64,000 nt of DNA, taken from positions 1 through 64,000 of the IMG/VR virus record IMGVR_UViG_3300014204_000146; one strand, 5' to 3'. Under the pieces are notes generated by a model. The model was not told where the DNA came from. It did not search any database and saw only the letters and a program-made list of their open reading frames with translations. Below, piece after piece: positions 58,508 to 64,000 of the stretch. The number at the start of each line of letters is the position of its first letter. The stretch's first letter is position 1. The translations under genes and the position numbers were made by a program. The stretch is from a virus. Its lineage: Duplodnaviria > Caudoviricetes.

Positions 58508-59026
58508 TTAAGCTCCTACAACAAAATTACCATCTCTGTCTATTTGATAAATTATTTTATGATTGTTTCCAGCATTGTCATTCCACTGTAATCCTAAAAT
58601 AAAATAATTAAATACAACACCTTTTACTTGTGCTTGAGTAAAAACAACTCTGCGCCTTTTTGTATATATCAAACGAATATTATTTTTCGTATCGAATTCG
58701 AATATTGGTTGTTTCTGCTGTTCCAAAAATAAATATTCCTGCAATGATTGATAACTACTAAAAATTAATCCATGTACCAAATCCACTATAAATGCTTTGT
58801 TTTTCTTTCCATCATCTAAAATGAAATATTTTAAATCATTGAATCTCTGTTTCACTTCTTCAAAATGATTATCCATATTATCTTTTCCAAATTGTGATAG
58901 ATGGGTCTCATCTTTATATATTGCCAACCAAAAAAAACCAAATTCCTGCAAACATTTTTGTATTATATCGTTTTCCATTTGAATTCCCTCAATAAAGTGG
59001 TTTAATATTGTATTATGTTCCCACAA
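58508..59026 (-). CDS. Hypothetical tail-region protein
   Basis: W.A.Y.D...L.Q pattern; probable start at the internal ATG after GAGGG. Confidence 0.6.
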   Translation of the reverse strand: MWEHNTILNHFIEGIQMENDIIQKCLQEFGFFWLAIYKDETHLSQFGKDNMDNHFEEVKQRFNDLKYFILDDGKKNKAFIVDLVHGLIFSSYQSLQEYLFLEQQKQPIFEFDTKNNIRLIYTKRRRVVFTQAQVKGVVFNYFILGLQWNDNAGNNHKIIYQIDRDGNFVVGA

Positions 59027-59055
59027 AAAACATTGAATTGTCTATTCTTTATTTT

Positions 59056-59538
59056 TTACTGCTCGTCCCACTGAACCGTAAGAGTTTTTTGATTTCCTGC
59101 TCCAGTAGGTGTAGAAATTGTCGAAGTTGTCTGAGCTACGATATATTTAGAATATCCAGCAGTAGTAAATTTAGTGGCAGTGCCTTCAGTAGACTCAATA
59201 TCCAAAGCACTTCCTACAGAAGTTGGAATAGCCGAAACAGCAACAATCGAAGTAGTAACAACAGGAGTCGCGAAAGCTTGATTCGTTATTGCATTGATAA
59301 CTTCTCCTGTTAACAATGTTCCTGCCGATTTCCAAATCTTCATATTACTCAGCTCTGTAAAAGAACCTCCTACCTTAACTCTAAAATACTTTTCATATGA
59401 ATTTTCTCCAATCACGATAGGATAAGAAGAGGTATTCAGATTTGGAGCATCAGTACTTCCAAAATTAAGATTAGTTAAAGAATCAGTTACGCTTTCTCCA
59501 GCACCATTTGATTCGCTAAATGTAATTACTGCACTCAT
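59056..59538 (-). CDS. Virion structural beta-sandwich protein
   Basis: SD GGAGG; Ser/Thr/Gly-rich; ends W.E. Confidence 0.6.
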   Translation of the reverse strand: MSAVITFSESNGAGESVTDSLTNLNFGSTDAPNLNTSSYPIVIGENSYEKYFRVKVGGSFTELSNMKIWKSAGTLLTGEVINAITNQAFATPVVTTSIVAVSAIPTSVGSALDIESTEGTATKFTTAGYSKYIVAQTTSTISTPTGAGNQKTLTVQWDEQ

Positions 59539-59580
59539 AGTTATTTTCCTCCTTTTTCAATATTTTGTTCTATTATCTTT

Positions 59581-60159
59581 TTAACTTAATGTCCAAGATG
59601 TAAAATCATAAAACAATCCACTCAATAAAAAAACTTTTGTCAAAACTGAAGTAGTTGATAAATTAGATACTACCCAAATATCTCCATTAAAGTCTATATC
59701 TATTTTTTTTGCATTTTCTACCAACGTTCCAGATTTTGTTAAACTGATAGTAGTGATATAACTTAAATCAGATTTTTGAATTATTACAATCTTTGTTGGA
59801 CTTCCAGCAATCAAAAAATAAATATAATTAGAATCGGCAACAATATCCACTACTTTCTCTGTTATACCAGCAGGAAGATTAATCCATGTAGCTGTACTTG
59901 TCGTTGTTTTATGAATCTGTTTTGCTAAATAAATATCGTCTTCCATGCCTACATATAGATAATCTCCAGAAATATATAAGGAGGTTATCTCATCAACATC
60001 AAGTTCTATATCCACCAATTTTACATCGGGGGAGGAAGCTTCTACCTGATGAAGATGACAAAAATCACTTCTGCGCTTATAAGACAGCCAAAGATACGGG
60101 TCATCTAAACAAAGCGCTGTAATTTGTTTTTCTGGGCGATATTCGAATTTTGTATTCAT
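59581..60159 (-). CDS. Beta-propeller-like tail-region protein
   Basis: SD AAGG; repeated strand-rich blades. Confidence 0.55.
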   Translation of the reverse strand: MNTKFEYRPEKQITALCLDDPYLWLSYKRRSDFCHLHQVEASSPDVKLVDIELDVDEITSLYISGDYLYVGMEDDIYLAKQIHKTTTSTATWINLPAGITEKVVDIVADSNYIYFLIAGSPTKIVIIQKSDLSYITTISLTKSGTLVENAKKIDIDFNGDIWVVSNLSTTSVLTKVFLLSGLFYDFTSWTLS

Positions 60160-60174
60160 ATTTTCCTTATAAAA

Positions 60175-60807
60175 TTAATTTGAACAATACTTTACAACAA
60201 AAACAGGAGATTCGCTTCCACCATATTGAAAACTTGCAGGAATAACTACCTTTAAGTTGCAATACAAAGTACCGGCAACAGACAGCGCTCCATTTTCATC
60301 GTTCAAATATAAAAAATGACCGTCTTCACTTCCTGCCAAATTACTTCCTACCCAATCAGCTCCTGGAGTAGCAGCAGTAGTCGTTATACCTTTTATCCAC
60401 GAATTATCGGCATTATCATCTCCAAGACATTTTAAATCAATAGAATCCATATCTTCATCATCCCAAACTTCCAAAACTGGTTCGCTGGCAGTCGCGCCAT
60501 CAAAATAAAATCCTAATACATATCGTTTATCTTTATTCCCCATGTTGTGAATTTCTTTTAATAAGTTTGCAGAAACATCAGCAAGAAAATATTTTGCCAC
60601 CGTTACCGCAACCGTAGAAATTAAAGTTCCCGCTTGCGTTAGCTGTGTAGCCGATGGAATAACTTCTCCATCTTTTACAGTATCACTTCCAGCAGAAAAA
60701 ATTAATGAATCGGTAGATAGCGCCATCAACGTCCAATCAATGCCAGATGACGGATAAGGAAAATCTTGTGTATCTGTGTTTACATATACACTTAATTGTG
60801 TTGACAT
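60175..60807 (-). CDS. Virion structural protein
   Basis: SD GGAGG; acidic and beta-rich. Confidence 0.6.
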   Translation of the reverse strand: MSTQLSVYVNTDTQDFPYPSSGIDWTLMALSTDSLIFSAGSDTVKDGEVIPSATQLTQAGTLISTVAVTVAKYFLADVSANLLKEIHNMGNKDKRYVLGFYFDGATASEPVLEVWDDEDMDSIDLKCLGDDNADNSWIKGITTTAATPGADWVGSNLAGSEDGHFLYLNDENGALSVAGTLYCNLKVVIPASFQYGGSESPVFVVKYCSN

Positions 60808-60882
60808 AAATTTATTCCTCCATTTATTTGCTTTCTATAAAATTCTATCCAATAAATCCTATTAAAAGTTGTTTTCATATTT

Positions 60883-61287
60883 TTACCAACACCCGGCTCT
60901 AAAAATTATAGTACATTCTTGATAATCTGTTCTCAATCCTTCTGCATATTCTATTGCGCTTATTCTTTTTACATTATAAGTGTAGTAAGTAGACGCTGTT
61001 TTATTGATTGATAGTACATATGGTGTATTGAGCACAATTGATGATTCTAATGTATCAATCAGAGCTGTCAATGCTTCATAATTCGCAGCTACCAATACAA
61101 ATTTAATTGTCAAATCCCACGAATTCTCACCTGCATCACTGATAACAGAACCTTTTCCTCTTAAATTAGTATGTTCAACGAACAATTTAGAAGAATGAGG
61201 ATAATTTGCTGACTGTACCAATGGAAATGTATATACTAACGTACTGCCATTGGAAGCATATAATCGAAAATAAACTGGTATACTCAT
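60883..61287 (-). CDS. Distal tail (Dit)-like protein
   Basis: Directly downstream of the tape measure gene; size and beta-rich composition fit. Confidence 0.55.
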   Translation of the reverse strand: MSIPVYFRLYASNGSTLVYTFPLVQSANYPHSSKLFVEHTNLRGKGSVISDAGENSWDLTIKFVLVAANYEALTALIDTLESSIVLNTPYVLSINKTASTYYTYNVKRISAIEYAEGLRTDYQECTIIFRAGCW

Positions 61288-61298
61288 GTTATTTCTCC

Positions 61299-63908
61299 TT
61301 AATATTTCTCTATAATGTCTTCTACAGCTTTATACATAGGAGACCCAGGACTGGTCAGTCCTTTTTGAATTTCATTGTTCATTTCAGTTACTGATTTTTT
61401 TAAATCTTCTGTTGTTTTTACCTCTCCAGATAAATTTACATCTATCTTACATTCAAGAGCTAAAGTACTTTTCTTTTCCTGTGTAGATTTAGAAGTGCTG
61501 CCATCAACACCGCTCAAAGAAGATATTTTTTTATTTTTAGATGATTCTGCACCACTTGTTGTACCTCCACTGATTGAATATTTACTTATTAACGAAGTCA
61601 AAGAATCTAAACTGGAAGTATTTGTAGGCATAATCAAATTTCTCAGATAAGAATTATATTTATAAAATTCATTAGCTTGATAGGTTTTATATGTATCAGC
61701 AAATTCTGTTTTAAATACTTCCAACGCATCTTTATCAAGACCTTTTATTCCTCCCCATCTTCCCTGTAAAGCTCCGGCAATATCTATAGCAGTACTCTCT
61801 CCATATTTCTGAGCAACTTCATATATTTTCATTGCATCAGAAGATATTTTATTCTGATTTAATTTTTCTTTAGAAATCGCCATCTCCATATCTAACTTTC
61901 TTTTTAATTTATCACCTTCTTGGTCAATTAATCCAAGAGCATCATGAAGTCTCGCTTCTTGTTCTAATAGTGTTCTTTCAGATGCGCCTCTGATAGTTAA
62001 CTTTTCCATTTCATTTTTAATTATTATTTCCGTCAATTTTATTTCCTCAGCCTTAGAAGCTTCACTGGCAGCTACTTCATCTTTTACCGCTTTAATGCCA
62101 TCTAAACGAGCTTTGACTCTTTTATTTGTTTCAGCTCCTTGTTCTTTCTCTAATTCAATAAGTTCTTTTTGTTTTTTTTCGTAATCTGAATATAGTTTTT
62201 TTACCATCGGGTCTGATTTTAATAAATTACCCAAAAATCCACCGGCTTCTATCGGAGCAATATCATTGACCAATGACTGTATCTCATCTTCTAATTTTTC
62301 TCTTTTTGGCTGAAATTCTAATAATATTTCTCGTACTACCGACCGAGTAGTAAAAATTTTAAACGTCTCATCTAATTTCTTATTAGCAGCATCTATATCT
62401 TTTGTATCTATAGAAATTAAAATAGAGGAACTATTTTTTAATTTTTCAATTGCTTTAGTAATTGTATCTAACATCTGATTATTCGCTGGAGTAGAAGCTG
62501 CCTTAGAATACGATTCTCTTAATTTTAACAATTCTTTTAAATTTACAATTTCTGATTTTCCTTTTTCTATTTCAGTAGATTGTTGAGCATATTGTTTAGT
62601 CAATTCTGCTCGATATAAAGCATATTTATTTACTAAAGCTGCGAATCCAAGCACTAACGCATTAACAGCATCTATCTTAGCTTTAAACACGTCTGTGTTT
62701 GCTATAGCTGTAGTCAATAAATTCCACGAAGCTGTTAATTGTTTTTGTTTATAAGCAGTAGTTTCTGAAATAATTCCTAATGCTTTTTCTGCCTGTCCAG
62801 CAGAAGAAAGAGAAGCAATACGAGCTAATAATGCGTTGTTATAATTTTGCATCATAGCCAAAAACGAAGTCATCTGCCGTTTTGATGCTATACCTGTAGC
62901 AATATCTAATTTCTGTTTTTCTGTTAAAGTGCTCCACTTAGCAGCAACATCATCTAAAATATCTCCAGCATTTCTATAAGCACCAGTAACCTGATTTGTG
63001 GCTTTGCCAGTCGCATCCATATATATAGGAACTCTCGCAATCTGTTCAATTGTTTGCTTTCCAGTCGTCAAGATACGAGCATACATAAATTGCAAAGAGT
63101 TTCCTGCTTCACTTCCTGATTTCCTGGTTACTTCTATAATACCAGTAACATGACCAAGGAAAGAATCAATTGATATTCCTAACTGATTTGCTGTAGCCCC
63201 AGCTCTTTTTGTAGCATCTGCCAAATCTTGAGCCGTAACAGCGAACTGTCTTTCAACATTTATCCACTTATCAACTACGGATATACTATTCTCAACCGGA
63301 ATAGCAAATCCTTCAACCGCAGCAGTCAAATTATCTACAGTTGTTTTTAAATCAGCCCCTAAAACATTTGCAGCTACCATTGCTATTCTGGTGAGTTGAA
63401 TAGTTTCAGCCACTGTACGTCCTTGTTGTGCAAATATTTTTGCAGCTTCCATTGCTTCAGATGCAGAAGTTCCATAAGCTTGAGCTAAAGCAACTAAAGC
63501 AGTTTTCATATGAGTATATTCTTCGGCTGTTCCTTTTCCTACTATTTGAATATGAGCCAATGCTGTTTCCATTTCAATCAAAAATTTACCTTGGTCTTTA
63601 ATCAAATTAAAAACCGCTTGCATAGCAGCGCGCATAGCCATCCAGACCGGAGCAACAATCAAGGCTCTTCGCATTGCTAAACCAAATTCATTCATAACAG
63701 ATTTTGATTTGGTTATTTTTCCATTAACAACATCAGAAGCCTGTCCAATAGTATTAAAATCCTGAACCGTAGCATCATGTCTCGCAGAATCCCATTTAAT
63801 GCTGTTTAGAGAAGTATCTACCTTATCAATGTCAGAAGTAACTTTCTCTGCACCAACAGATTGATAGATAATATTTATAAGATTATTAAAATTTGCCCCC
63901 AAAGCCAT
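61299..63908 (-). CDS. Tail tape measure protein
   Basis: 869 aa, helical and Ala-rich; TP901-type motifs (EAMEAAKIFAQQG, SGSEAGNSL). Confidence 0.88.
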   Translation of the reverse strand: MALGANFNNLINIIYQSVGAEKVTSDIDKVDTSLNSIKWDSARHDATVQDFNTIGQASDVVNGKITKSKSVMNEFGLAMRRALIVAPVWMAMRAAMQAVFNLIKDQGKFLIEMETALAHIQIVGKGTAEEYTHMKTALVALAQAYGTSASEAMEAAKIFAQQGRTVAETIQLTRIAMVAANVLGADLKTTVDNLTAAVEGFAIPVENSISVVDKWINVERQFAVTAQDLADATKRAGATANQLGISIDSFLGHVTGIIEVTRKSGSEAGNSLQFMYARILTTGKQTIEQIARVPIYMDATGKATNQVTGAYRNAGDILDDVAAKWSTLTEKQKLDIATGIASKRQMTSFLAMMQNYNNALLARIASLSSAGQAEKALGIISETTAYKQKQLTASWNLLTTAIANTDVFKAKIDAVNALVLGFAALVNKYALYRAELTKQYAQQSTEIEKGKSEIVNLKELLKLRESYSKAASTPANNQMLDTITKAIEKLKNSSSILISIDTKDIDAANKKLDETFKIFTTRSVVREILLEFQPKREKLEDEIQSLVNDIAPIEAGGFLGNLLKSDPMVKKLYSDYEKKQKELIELEKEQGAETNKRVKARLDGIKAVKDEVAASEASKAEEIKLTEIIIKNEMEKLTIRGASERTLLEQEARLHDALGLIDQEGDKLKRKLDMEMAISKEKLNQNKISSDAMKIYEVAQKYGESTAIDIAGALQGRWGGIKGLDKDALEVFKTEFADTYKTYQANEFYKYNSYLRNLIMPTNTSSLDSLTSLISKYSISGGTTSGAESSKNKKISSLSGVDGSTSKSTQEKKSTLALECKIDVNLSGEVKTTEDLKKSVTEMNNEIQKGLTSPGSPMYKAVEDIIEKY

Positions 63909-64000
63909 GATAGTCTCCTACGCTACTTTCTTTTTAGAAGAAGTACACATTAAATAAAGGTCTGGAGCTTTTTTATCTAAAGACTTGTTAGTCTTTTTAG

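Noticed and set aside
1-64000. CRISPR array, DGR (RT/TR-VR), retron or IS element
   Set aside because: I saw no regularly spaced repeats, reverse transcriptase or transposase by eye; a computational repeat scan was not run.

Overview
AT-rich fragment of a large tailed bacteriophage genome (Caudoviricetes, probably long-tailed; host not determinable). From 1 to about 51,970 nearly all real genes are on the + strand. They form an accessory/early region (tyrosine recombinase, HNH, CCA-adding enzyme, deaminase, PncB/PncA NAD salvage, sigma-like factor, nucleotide-pool enzymes) and a replication/recombination block (intein-containing 5'-3' exonuclease, primase-helicase, ATP DNA ligase, RecA, intein-containing PolB, Mom-like adenine modifier, RuvC, Mre11/Rad50, SSB). 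A glycosyl/phosphotransferase cluster and an RNA-repair cluster follow. From about 51,972 to the end, a convergent minus-strand tail module ends in the tape measure gene. The most striking observation is a complete, CCA-ending tRNA-Gly(UCC) with non-ribosomal features embedded in frame inside the 5' coding region of the Mom-like gene. This suggests the phage co-encodes a dedicated glycine-donor tRNA for DNA hypermodification. Three further non-canonical tRNA-like RNAs and other structured intergenic RNAs are also visible. All family assignments come from motif recognition by eye; no database searches or folding programs were run.
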